DNA of 64,000 nt, from positions 1 to 64,000 of IMG/VR virus record IMGVR_UViG_3300014839_000005; one strand, given 5' to 3'. The notes beneath the pieces were generated by a model. The model was not told the origin of the DNA. It worked only from the letters and a program-made list of their open reading frames with translations, and searched no databases. This document shows, one piece after another, positions 1 through 8,930 of this stretch; positions within the stretch are counted from its first letter, which is position 1; each line of letters starts with the position of its first letter. A program made the translations under genes and the position numbers. The stretch is from a virus.

Positions 1-70
1 GACAAGACAAATAAGAAGGCCGAAGCAGAGAAAAAGTATCGTTTTCATAATATCTCCTTTATAATAAGCG

Positions 71-316
71 TTATTGCTTATTAAAGAATAAAGTTATTAC
101 AGATAGTTTTGAACAATCACAACCTTCATGATCGATGATAGTCGTAGCTTCTAAGGATTTGAACATTGGGCATTGATAAAGTTCCAACAAAAAATCCTTA
201 GTAATTGGTGTTGGCTTGAGTATGATTTGATAACCATCAGGTTCATCAAAAATGAATGCAATTGGTTTTCCAATAAGAATAAGTTGGATGTAACCATGCA
301 ATTCTTCAAACTTCAT
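71..316 (-). CDS. hypothetical protein
   Basis: 81-aa ORF with GGAG SD, downstream of the 366-393 promoter motif. Confidence 0.55.
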   Translation of the reverse strand: MKFEELHGYIQLILIGKPIAFIFDEPDGYQIILKPTPITKDFLLELYQCPMFKSLEATTIIDHEGCDCSKLSVITLFFNKQ

Positions 317-365
317 ATAAAATCCCTTTCTTTGAATAGTAAGACGGCATTGCCTTACTATCTTA

Positions 366-393
366 GTTATACCATATAAGGGGGTATAATAAC
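366..393 (-). promoter_or_regulatory. GTTAT-N18-ATAAC promoter/operator copy
   Basis: exact 18-nt spacing, intergenic, upstream of ORF 71-316. Confidence 0.65.
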
Positions 394-402
394 TAAAAAA
401 AA

Positions 403-430
403 GCCTCCAATACCTTTCAGTATTGGAGGC
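403..430 (-). terminator. intrinsic terminator after NAMPT
   Basis: GCCTCCAATAC/GTATTGGAGGC 11-bp stem followed by a T-run on the minus strand. Confidence 0.75.
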
Positions 431-454
431 CTTATTTTCTAAATAAATAACAGT

Positions 455-1804
455 TTATTCGTAGTATATAACGCCATTTGCATTCTGTCTTATCTCTTCA
501 AAAGAATACTCTTTCATAATATTCCCATTAAGATAGACGGTTTGCATCAGGCTGTTATAACTTTCTCCGTTCACTGTTTTTACCTTGCGAAGCATCGACA
601 GCTCCAAATCGAGAATGCCTTTTTTGGATTTCTTGCCAGGGTCAGTTGCTGGATCTTTGTAGACCTCAATATCTTTTCCATCAACTTTAGCCCAGCTGCA
701 TTTGAAGGCAAACTTATTCGTATCCCTGTCAAAGCCTTTTTGAAGCAATCCACCACCCATTCCGAATGCGAGATTGGTAGCGCTGAAATGTATCTTCTCA
801 GCAGCTTCCAAAATTTTCTCCAGAATTTCATCATTGATACCGTCTCCTTGAATTACTCTTACCTTATTCAAGACTTTATATCCTTGATGATTCATTGTAT
901 AACCAAATCGATCACCTAGAATACAAAGAAGCCGGCAAACAACTTCAACAGGATCGCCAGAATCAGGTCTCACAACCAATGTCGCATTCATCTTCATCAC
1001 TTCTTCTTTGAGTTTATCTCCCCAAAGATTTGCTGCGGCATTGTAATTGATCATATTTCTATATGCATCAATCTCGTTGTCTTTCCCCCACATACTCATG
1101 GTGAAATGCTCTGCCACAGGGATGGAGAAACCGGCCATGTTGATGTTGTAATATTTATTGGCCATCCATATACCAGCAATAGTATCCGACCCCATAAAGT
1201 TAACCAAATGAGCTGCCCCACCAATCATTGCCTGTTCCTGACAAGAGACGCCCCTGCTGCCAAAATCATGGAGTTTGAATCCAATTTCGGCATTGGGATT
1301 ATCGGAAGTTTTATTAAGATATTTCTGGATAACACTTTTGACATGCCATCCGTATGTGGCTATAGTAATAGGATACCATAACCTGACCAAAAGTGTTTCA
1401 ATCCACGAAACAATCCCGAAAATATCAGGATCTTCAACGGAAGTCTGGACGGAAAATAGAATGTTATGGGTAGGAATAACGCATCCTTCAGGAACTGCCC
1501 TGATTTTTATAGGAAGCCTTCCTCCATAAGTATTGACAATTTTCATCCATCCATCGTAATTAAAAGGACAACCATGAAGTTGAGCAAATGCTTTTGCTTC
1601 TTCAACTTCAAATCTGGTTATCGGATTCGAAAGATATTTTTTCAGATAATACTGCAAACCGAAGAAAAGTGTTTCTCTCCAACGACCACCACGGCTTTCA
1701 AAATAAGAAAACATCGCAGTAGTCTTGGGAGGATATTGACACCAGTGGGAAAGTTTGTAGCTATCGGTGTCTAAAACCAGGCTAAGGACAAGGCGATTTT
1801 CCAT
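455..1804 (-). CDS. nadV: nicotinamide phosphoribosyltransferase (NAMPT/NadV), with an internal in-frame deletion
   Basis: motifs DTDSYKxSH, LHDFGxRG, SDTxAG, AEH, RPDSGDP, QGDGI; start re-set to MENRL at 1804 (GGAG SD). Confidence 0.9.
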   Translation of the reverse strand: MENRLVLSLVLDTDSYKLSHWCQYPPKTTAMFSYFESRGGRWRETLFFGLQYYLKKYLSNPITRFEVEEAKAFAQLHGCPFNYDGWMKIVNTYGGRLPIKIRAVPEGCVIPTHNILFSVQTSVEDPDIFGIVSWIETLLVRLWYPITIATYGWHVKSVIQKYLNKTSDNPNAEIGFKLHDFGSRGVSCQEQAMIGGAAHLVNFMGSDTIAGIWMANKYYNINMAGFSIPVAEHFTMSMWGKDNEIDAYRNMINYNAAANLWGDKLKEEVMKMNATLVVRPDSGDPVEVVCRLLCILGDRFGYTMNHQGYKVLNKVRVIQGDGINDEILEKILEAAEKIHFSATNLAFGMGGGLLQKGFDRDTNKFAFKCSWAKVDGKDIEVYKDPATDPGKKSKKGILDLELSMLRKVKTVNGESYNSLMQTVYLNGNIMKEYSFEEIRQNANGVIYYE

Positions 1805-1844
1805 GATAAAACTCCTTTGTTTCAATTCTCTCATTGAGAATCTA

Positions 1845-2861
1845 TTAAAGTTTATTGACAAAATACTGGATTATTGCGAGATGATCTTCAAAGAAATTTT
1901 CTTCTAACAATGCAAGATCATTAATAGGAACCCATTGAGCTGAAGCCGCATCATCGTCTCCTCTTACAACAGGAAGAGGTTTGTCACCATCAAGAACAAA
2001 TAGATAAGCATGAGTTATGCTACGACCACGCAAACTTCGTTTTGGATGGTCAAAAACATGCTGATCTTTGATACAACGCTCAAGAACTGGAAATGGAACA
2101 GCTATTTTTGTCTCTTCCCTTAGTTCCCTGATAGCGCAATGGCTGATAAACTCATCCTGATTCAAGAATCCACCAGGAAGTGCATATCTTCCTTTTCCAG
2201 GTTCGACTTTTCTTGTAACTAAAAGAATATGACCAGCCTGAACGACAACCGCATCAGTTGTTACAAATGTTGGAGGAAATGGGGCAACTCCCCATATTTT
2301 TTTATAAGATTTAATATAATGATACTCATCCTGTAGTCGTTTAAAAGTATCAGTTTTCTTAAAATCATCCAATTCATTTGCAACACGAACTGGGACCATA
2401 TGATCCCATTTATCCGTTTCTCCCAACAGTCTTTCGCGTATTAGCGTTCCATCAATTCTTTCTCCATACGCAAAAACTGCTGGTTGCGGCAAAAGTTTCC
2501 ATTGAGGAAAGAAATTCAGATAGTACGAAGAGTCATCTTTAAAATGACCTATCAAAGAAACATCACCCTCTCCTACCATACTTGCTACGGTATTTTGAAG
2601 TGACGTTATCCATGTAGTATCACTATAAAGAAAATCACGAAGAGGGCGAATAAGAAGTCTGCTGGTTTCTTGCCCCGATAAACTATTATTAATAAAATTT
2701 CGTCGGGACTCAAAATCCCACGGATTTTTTATTGTTGTTGGAGCCCTATAACTTCCAAGAACAACAATAACACGATCTGATTGTTCAAGTGCGGTTTGAA
2801 TGAGGGTTTTGTGGGCGTTATGAAATGGTTGACCGCGCAGTACAAATACTGTATACTTCAT
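1845..2861 (-). CDS. nadM: bifunctional NMN adenylyltransferase / Nudix hydrolase (NadM-Nudix, NatV-like)
   Basis: GxQPFHxAH nucleotidyltransferase motif; Nudix box GGFLNQDEFISHCAIRELREET. Confidence 0.92.
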   Translation of the reverse strand: MKYTVFVLRGQPFHNAHKTLIQTALEQSDRVIVVLGSYRAPTTIKNPWDFESRRNFINNSLSGQETSRLLIRPLRDFLYSDTTWITSLQNTVASMVGEGDVSLIGHFKDDSSYYLNFFPQWKLLPQPAVFAYGERIDGTLIRERLLGETDKWDHMVPVRVANELDDFKKTDTFKRLQDEYHYIKSYKKIWGVAPFPPTFVTTDAVVVQAGHILLVTRKVEPGKGRYALPGGFLNQDEFISHCAIRELREETKIAVPFPVLERCIKDQHVFDHPKRSLRGRSITHAYLFVLDGDKPLPVVRGDDDAASAQWVPINDLALLEENFFEDHLAIIQYFVNKL

Positions 2862-2940
2862 ACTAACTCCTTTTGTTTCGGCTCTCTCTTTGAAAGCCTA
2901 TGTGAATACTGTTACATTTTAAAGATACTACATGGTTCAG

Positions 2941-3075
2941 TGACTGCTCCCACGGCTAAAGCCGTGGGCTTTCTCGCTCACAAGATCGTAAATTGGCCTG
3001 AAAAATCGGTTAAAGGGCATTTGGCTCCTAATCAGGTTTAAAGCCCCGCGACTTTAGTCGCAGGGGATATTTACA
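2941..3075 (+). mobile_element. non-autonomous IS200/IS605 derivative (PATE-like), boundaries approximate
   Basis: left hairpin CCCACGGCTAAAGCCGTGGG; right end GTTTAAAGCCCCGCGACTTTAGTCGCAGGGG-ATATTTACA, resembling the right end of the tnpB element (GTTTAAAGCC...TTTACA). Confidence 0.7.
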
Positions 3076-3108
3076 TTTTATTCCTTCTAATTGTTATAAT
3101 TAAAAAAA

Positions 3109-3127
3109 AGGCTGCGCGATGCAGCCT
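3109..3127 (-). terminator. intrinsic terminator
   Basis: AGGCTGC/GCAGCCT stem flanked by A- and T-runs. Confidence 0.65.
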
Positions 3128-3131
3128 ATTT

Positions 3132-3539
3132 TTAATCAGTTTCAGGAATATCAGTCGCTTGAGGAGCAGGAGGTACTGGAGGAATATCACTTTCAGGAAC
3201 TACGTCAGGGTCTGCGTTACTCATTGACGTAAGGATTGCTGCTTCAACCTCTTCAAGATCGTCTGTCTTCTCAAGTTCATTACCATAGTCGTCATAGATA
3301 ATGAATTTAGTTGGCGTGATATCGAGATCGAAATCGATATTCTGAGCCATATCGCATATAAACTCAATTTTGCATCCTGAGTTTGAAGCGATAGCGGATT
3401 CAATATCAGGTTCAACTGATCCAGGTTCCGTATCGTCATCTTTTGGATATGTGCAAATAATACTTGTTACTTTTTCGAGATTAATTAATTGAGTATGATA
3501 TCCGTCAGCTTCTTTTGTGATTACTTTTATTGCTCTCAT
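3132..3539 (-). CDS. acidic hypothetical protein with Pro-rich tail
   Basis: 135-aa ORF, GGAG SD. Confidence 0.65.
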   Translation of the reverse strand: MRAIKVITKEADGYHTQLINLEKVTSIICTYPKDDDTEPGSVEPDIESAIASNSGCKIEFICDMAQNIDFDLDITPTKFIIYDDYGNELEKTDDLEEVEAAILTSMSNADPDVVPESDIPPVPPAPQATDIPETD

Positions 3540-3561
3540 ATTTCTCCTATACTAGAAATAA

Positions 3562-3588
3562 AGAAGGGGCTTATTCAGCCCCATCTTC
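3562..3588 (-). terminator. terminator closing the ubiquitin-like operon
   Basis: GGGGCT/AGCCCC stem with extension, just downstream of the Ubl stop. Confidence 0.6.
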
Positions 3589-3610
3589 GGTGAAATAACC
3601 AACCGAATGG

Positions 3611-4084
3611 TTAGTTACCTTTGGTTCTCGTGCTCAGAACGAGGCGCACGGGAAGGGCGGCATCTGCGGGTGTCGGAATGGTCGTATCGCCAGAGACCGC
3701 TTCTCCGCCATTGATACGGTATTCATAGACATCCTTACCCTCTTCCGTGTAGAACTTCGCCCTGTCTGCCGGCGGCAGCGTGTTGATCAGGCTTTTGATC
3801 GAAGTGCCTGATTCACAGGGAAGTTCGATGATGGCATCCGTATGCCCGATACGGATGATTTTTACCGTAAAGGGCGTGTTGCCCTTCATAGCGTCGCCGA
3901 TATAGACGACATCGCCGTCTTCGAGTTCGTAGCCACGTTCCACATTCTCCTGGTTCACGGTGATGCAACCAGGCCTGTAGTTCACGTTGGCTTTGTCCAG
4001 AAGGCCTCCAACTGTCGGGTTGTCGGAGATTTCATACTCGATGACCGGCTTACCGATGAGTACTAATTTGACCAGAACACACAT
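3611..4084 (-). CDS. tandem di-ubiquitin-like (beta-grasp) protein
   Basis: two ~70-88 aa ThiS/MoaD/Ubl-like units, each ending K-G-N (DAMKGN; TRTKGN*); adjacent to E1 and JAB. Confidence 0.75.
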   Translation of the reverse strand: MCVLVKLVLIGKPVIEYEISDNPTVGGLLDKANVNYRPGCITVNQENVERGYELEDGDVVYIGDAMKGNTPFTVKIIRIGHTDAIIELPCESGTSIKSLINTLPPADRAKFYTEEGKDVYEYRINGGEAVSGDTTIPTPADAALPVRLVLSTRTKGN

Positions 4085-4101
4085 GATAGAACTCCTTAAG
4101 G

Positions 4102-4869
4102 TTATATTGACTTGAATTGGCGATACATATGATCATAATGTTCGCCATCTGCTGCAACACATTCGGGAAATACAAACTGCAGTTCACTAAGAACCTTTGG
4201 TGCAGTAGCTTCACCGCGTTTCAGATATTCTTTTCCATACTTCAGATCAAAGTGATGGATAAGCCTCCAAACCGCTCGACTGGCTAGATTATATACGGTT
4301 GGTATTATTGACGCAGATGCGCCACATGCCGATACTTCGGCCTGATCGTCATCGTATAATGTCTTTTGCCATTCTTCAACTTCGACTGGATTATTTGGAT
4401 CAAAGGCATAGACCCTACCTTTATCTATACCCATTCTCGTCTCAATAACCAAATCGGTGGTGAATGAATACTGTAAAACGTTCTTAAATATATCCTTTCT
4501 ACTGGCCATGGTATCGGTCAATAGAAAGACATAAGTTGATCTTACATCGTTTTGGTTAGTGACCATTTCATTGTGAGTCTCAATAGTAAAGCCGCACTTG
4601 CGCATAATCACATCAGCAAGTGCCATTACTTTTGGCATACCAATGTGACTTCGATCATACGCCTGATTGACTAAATTATGCTCCTCAACAATATCACCAT
4701 CCCACACTTTCATTGTTCCTTGGCCTTGGACTGAGTTGCCCCAGCCCATTTGAGCTAATTGGAGAGCTACATATGAGCCCGTTGCTCCGACACCGATAAT
4801 TGCTACGCTTTTCTTTCCAATTTGACTTGGATCGAGTAGCGCTAATTGCCTCGAATAATCCATAAACAC
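4102..4869 (-). CDS. ThiF/E1-like adenylating enzyme
   Basis: YSRQ, GxGxxG (IGVGATG), DxDxVExHNLxNQ, KV, TD, ETRMG; candidate catalytic Cys in SACG; no CxxC pairs. Confidence 0.9.
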   Translation of the reverse strand: MFMDYSRQLALLDPSQIGKKSVAIIGVGATGSYVALQLAQMGWGNSVQGQGTMKVWDGDIVEEHNLVNQAYDRSHIGMPKVMALADVIMRKCGFTIETHNEMVTNQNDVRSTYVFLLTDTMASRKDIFKNVLQYSFTTDLVIETRMGIDKGRVYAFDPNNPVEVEEWQKTLYDDDQAEVSACGASASIIPTVYNLASRAVWRLIHHFDLKYGKEYLKRGEATAPKVLSELQFVFPECVAADGEHYDHMYRQFKSI

Positions 4870-4875
4870 CTCTTT

Positions 4876-5679
4876 CTATTTTGTAAACTCAAAAGCGTAT
4901 GAGTGTTTATGTTTATTTTTCTTACTTCTTTTTCCTCCAGCAAAGTAATTTTCCCTCGGTGTATACGTGGTATCAGGCCCATAATGCTTGACTATTCCAC
5001 GATTAGGAAGTGGGGGAGTCCCAAATCCCATTCTTCTTTGATTCCAGTCATCAACTCCTTCTCCATATAACTCATCACTGAAACCGTTGCTGAGAGGATA
5101 TGATGGCGTGGTGGGAAGATTTACCGCTTTCAATTCGAGGATTTTTGCCCTTATCTTTTTATCCTCTTCATCTTCATCGGTTTCCCATTTGATATTATCA
5201 AAACGACGTTTGTTCTGATAATCGTAAAATGAGATAGACAGCAATCCTGCCTTGTTGAAAATGCCTCGGATAAGATAAGATTCGTTTCTATTCATTCTTT
5301 CAATTGACTGAGTCTCATCCTGTCCTGAAGGAGAAACTCCCATATCGACATGGGAGTGTCCCCAGAACTTCGCCTTGCTTAAATCGGCTTCTCTGTTATG
5401 AGTCATCAGCCATTCAGCCATCAATGTTTCACCTTCGGGGGAGATTTCACACGTGGCTCCTGCAGCTTCAGAGTGTTTGGGATAAAAGATATCCCTGATA
5501 ACGTATGTATTGTTTTCAAGTTCGTCTACAAAACCAAATACGCCGACTTCATGAGGATGAAGATCGGCAATAGCAGTCAACCATTTCAAGGCATTACCTG
5601 TAACCCTGATTGTAGGTGCTGTTATTTTAATTGGTTCGAGAGTTGTGTAAGTTGTTTGTTTAGCTGGTTCTGGCTTCAT
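4876..5679 (-). CDS. JAB/MPN+ metallopeptidase
   Basis: N-terminal HEVG Glu and HSH-x7-S-x2-D motif (WGHSHVDMGVSPSGQD). Confidence 0.88.
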   Translation of the reverse strand: MKPEPAKQTTYTTLEPIKITAPTIRVTGNALKWLTAIADLHPHEVGVFGFVDELENNTYVIRDIFYPKHSEAAGATCEISPEGETLMAEWLMTHNREADLSKAKFWGHSHVDMGVSPSGQDETQSIERMNRNESYLIRGIFNKAGLLSISFYDYQNKRRFDNIKWETDEDEEDKKIRAKILELKAVNLPTTPSYPLSNGFSDELYGEGVDDWNQRRMGFGTPPLPNRGIVKHYGPDTTYTPRENYFAGGKRSKKNKHKHSYAFEFTK

Positions 5680-6781
5680 TTGCTTCCTCCACTATTGGCC
5701 ACATTTGAATAGGGCGACCCATCACATCATCTTCATTGGGAGTGCGAATATATCTCACCAATAAATCGACGAGCTGTTCCAGGTCTTTGTTAATCAGACA
5801 TTTTAATATCGGCTCAGTCCATGTTCCGAAACAGGGTTGGCCAACAAGATTAACATGACCGCATTCTTGACCAGCATTTAAGTCTTCTCTTGTGCGGTTT
5901 CGTATGATAATCGGAGGTTCATTTGTTACTCTGGTTCCCAGCATGGCGTCAAGCCTTACATAGAATTCCATTTCACCAATATCTCTCTTCTTACCATCTT
6001 TTAACGGGTTGGTTATGATGTGGTCGGTTTTAATTACGAGATAATTGTTGGTAAAGTAAATTTCCTTTATCATATTATGCTCGTTTTTTACCAATCCATC
6101 AATTTTTTCCCTGAATAACGAAACAATGGGATCCGCTCCGAGCGAACTTGATAACCTTGTAATTTCATTCTGCATAGTCATAAGATTGGCCATTAGTCTG
6201 TTATACTGAGCAGTTCTATCCGTCAGCATTTTGGCCCGACCTGCAGCGTCATTATCAAGTTTGGAAGCAATTAACGTTGTCAGATTTTCAGGAGTGATTT
6301 TTTCAAGATTTGGAAGCCCTCTTAATGAATTGTGTTCTGACCCATCTTTGGGAACGTCACGGAATGCGGGATGTTCTTTTTGGCATGTACAGCGATCAAT
6401 CAATTCCTCACAATCCTCACATCTTTCGCAATCGCAATCCGAAAGAAGGTGATCACATGCCGGACATCTTGGTTCTTCATCAACCTGTCCAGGAGCAGGT
6501 GTTGCACCTGCATTTTGGGCAGTTTGTCGTTGCTGCTGCTCGGCTGCAGTTACTATGGCATAACTGTATTCGACAATGCCGTTATTAGCATGTGTTGTTA
6601 TCGGTCTGCCGAAATGATTGCTAATTGCAATCCTTAGCAACTCAACAGTGGGTGCGTCAAGTATGTCAAACTTGAACTCACCGCTGGTTTCCCCAAAATT
6701 CCCTTTTGCATACCTGAAAATACTTTCAGGTATTGTAGCGAGAGTAAAACGAAACTCTCGCTTTAATAGTACAGTTACCAT
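5660..6781 (-). CDS. Cys-rich / coiled-coil protein with C-terminal E2 (UBC)-like domain
   Basis: GHVNLVGQPCFG resembles the E2 HPNV-x3-G-x-IC motif; twin CxxC-x6-CxC; paralogous C-terminus to 6790-8829. Confidence 0.6.
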   Translation of the reverse strand: MVTVLLKREFRFTLATIPESIFRYAKGNFGETSGEFKFDILDAPTVELLRIAISNHFGRPITTHANNGIVEYSYAIVTAAEQQQRQTAQNAGATPAPGQVDEEPRCPACDHLLSDCDCERCEDCEELIDRCTCQKEHPAFRDVPKDGSEHNSLRGLPNLEKITPENLTTLIASKLDNDAAGRAKMLTDRTAQYNRLMANLMTMQNEITRLSSSLGADPIVSLFREKIDGLVKNEHNMIKEIYFTNNYLVIKTDHIITNPLKDGKKRDIGEMEFYVRLDAMLGTRVTNEPPIIIRNRTREDLNAGQECGHVNLVGQPCFGTWTEPILKCLINKDLEQLVDLLVRYIRTPNEDDVMGRPIQMWPIVEEANEARTS

Positions 6782-6789
6782 TCTTCCTC

Positions 6790-8829
6790 CTATACAGGAA
6801 TTGCCCCAGCCAATACTTCATCAAAGTGTTGGTCTTCGGGCTTGTTTATAAATTCAGCCTTTTCAGGTTCTTTTTCAGTCGCTTTTTGTTCTTGCAACCT
6901 TATCATTTCCTCCGAAATTTCGGGCCAACAATTTACATATTTGCCGGCTGCATCATCGGTATTCGCTTGTTGCAAAAACAGAATTAACTGAAGTACTAGT
7001 TGATACAAATCCCTTTTCTTATATGCATTTGTCATACCAATTGCCAAAGTTCCATGACAAATGTGTCCATCCTGGAATACATGAGGAGCCTGCATATTTT
7101 GACCGCTGAAAGCTACTATCTGATGCTTCGTGTTCTTAATGAGGACAGTATTGTCGGTATTGTATGAATTGGAGTGCATTCCAATGGTAATATGGAACGT
7201 TCCAATATCATGCATCTTTTTACTTCTGTCATCACGGGCATACAAGTCATCAGTATATACATGAACAGTTTCGTCTTTGATGAAGACGGTCTTTACTTTT
7301 GGAATAGACTTTACCGCAGTGTATTCATCAAATGCTTTTTTCCGCATCTTTGTCTGCTGTTCAGACTCATTAAAAGATTCAATTTGTTCCATGTATTTTG
7401 AACACATTTTTCCAGATTCCATAGCCTTGGTCAAATAATCTTCATACGCAGCCTTTGCATCCTCATATGCCTTCTTCAACTGACGAATGACGGAACTGGA
7501 ACTGTCCATGACAAATTTAATATATTCATCACAGTTTCCCTTTTCCAGAATAGCCTGATAATTACTGTCGATTTTCAGCAATTCAGAATATGGAACTAAA
7601 CCGTCAAACCGTCTTGCTATTTCACTCATAGCTGTTTTTGCAAACTTCTTATTATCATATGCGTTAAACATCAATATGATAATATTCCGTTCTTGTAATG
7701 CAAATACGACATTAGTCGCAGTATCCTTATAAATTTTATCGTATTTTGCATATGGTGAGTTTCTTTGTTCGGCGAATATTTTATCTATCGCTTCTTTTTT
7801 GGCGTCTGAACTCATGGATCCATCTTTAATAGCCTGAATCTCTTTGTTTACATCATTACCTTTAATAATGGCAAGATTATGAATTTCAGTTCCAAAAGCA
7901 GTGGACTTAATCTCACTGATAGTGTTGGTAATATCTGTATAACCACTTTGCGCACCATTAGTAGCGATAAATAAAAAAGATTGATTTACAATAGACTTAG
8001 AACTCAACGCTTTCTTTGCCTCCATAAGCCATCTTCTGTCGTCGCCTATAATAAGATGACATTTTACTTGATTGGCAAAATCAAATAGAAAACTATCATC
8101 AAATACTTCTGGAGCAGCGCGTAGTTTACATACCTTGAATTTGCTGTCATTTTTACTTTCGAAGCGAAATCCTATAGTATGTAACTGTTGCAATCGCTCA
8201 TCAACAGTTTCAGATACTTTATCCAGCGCTTCTGCTAAAGTGGTTTTATGCCTTTTCACTGTACGCCTTCCTCCTTCATCTTCCACATTTTCCATAACCT
8301 CTTCAGCCATCGTTTCTGCCAATCCTCTCACAGTTCCTCGTAATCTTTCCTCTGCAGCTCGACGTTCTGGCGCAGGACCTATACCTCCAGTTGGTTGTGC
8401 CATATCCTCAGGCCTTATAACACGAACCATTGGTTCAGGTTCTTCAGGCATTGGTTCTTCAGCATAGGCAGTTCTGATTTCTCTTTCAAAGTTAGCCACA
8501 TCAAACCTTTGAGTGCCAACCCCTGCCTCTTGAATAGCTTCATACGTTGTTGTCTCTTTTACTGAACCATTAGTTAGACTATTAAGAATGTCATCGTTGT
8601 AATAATATTTATGAATGATCACTCTCATCCCTACAATGTCGGCTTCCTTATCAAGAGGCATTAAACGGTCAGAATCTCCTGCAAGTTCCCATACCCTTTG
8701 AAGAGCGCCCAGGACTCTGATATAATAGTTCTTTGTTATCATAGCGGCTACTCCGCCGCCATTTAGCACAAATGGCTCAAACGGAATTCCGAGAACCAGC
8801 GCCAACCTTTCCTCGATAAATCCGAACAT
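6790..8829 (-). CDS. large coiled-coil protein with C-terminal E2 (UBC)-like domain
   Basis: APHVFQDGHICHG matches the E2 active-site pattern; helical coiled-coil segment precedes it. Confidence 0.62.
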   Translation of the reverse strand: MFGFIEERLALVLGIPFEPFVLNGGGVAAMITKNYYIRVLGALQRVWELAGDSDRLMPLDKEADIVGMRVIIHKYYYNDDILNSLTNGSVKETTTYEAIQEAGVGTQRFDVANFEREIRTAYAEEPMPEEPEPMVRVIRPEDMAQPTGGIGPAPERRAAEERLRGTVRGLAETMAEEVMENVEDEGGRRTVKRHKTTLAEALDKVSETVDERLQQLHTIGFRFESKNDSKFKVCKLRAAPEVFDDSFLFDFANQVKCHLIIGDDRRWLMEAKKALSSKSIVNQSFLFIATNGAQSGYTDITNTISEIKSTAFGTEIHNLAIIKGNDVNKEIQAIKDGSMSSDAKKEAIDKIFAEQRNSPYAKYDKIYKDTATNVVFALQERNIIILMFNAYDNKKFAKTAMSEIARRFDGLVPYSELLKIDSNYQAILEKGNCDEYIKFVMDSSSSVIRQLKKAYEDAKAAYEDYLTKAMESGKMCSKYMEQIESFNESEQQTKMRKKAFDEYTAVKSIPKVKTVFIKDETVHVYTDDLYARDDRSKKMHDIGTFHITIGMHSNSYNTDNTVLIKNTKHQIVAFSGQNMQAPHVFQDGHICHGTLAIGMTNAYKKRDLYQLVLQLILFLQQANTDDAAGKYVNCWPEISEEMIRLQEQKATEKEPEKAEFINKPEDQHFDEVLAGAIPV

Positions 8830-8895
8830 AATTCCTCCTAATTAAAAAAAATTAAGTTTATAATTAATTAACTAATTAATATTACCTACATTATA

Positions 8896-8923
8896 GTTAT
8901 TACAGAAATGGAATTGAAATAAC
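8896..8923 (-). promoter_or_regulatory. GTTAT-N18-ATAAC copy with adjacent TATAAT, heading the ubiquitin-like operon
   Basis: minus strand reads GTTAT-N18-ATAAC-TATAAT, 67 nt upstream of the 8829 start. Confidence 0.75.
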
Positions 8924-8930
8924 AGAGGAA

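Noticed and set aside
542-1774. several plus-strand ORFs (542, 1106, 1275, 1466) and similar short ORFs opposite other long genes
   Set aside because: They lie antisense to well-supported genes and have no SD or motifs.
3611-4869. thiamine or molybdopterin sulfur-carrier role for Ubl + ThiF
   Set aside because: No ThiG/MoaE/cysteine synthase genes, no terminal GG, and two E2-like genes share the operon; conjugation fits better, though it is untested.
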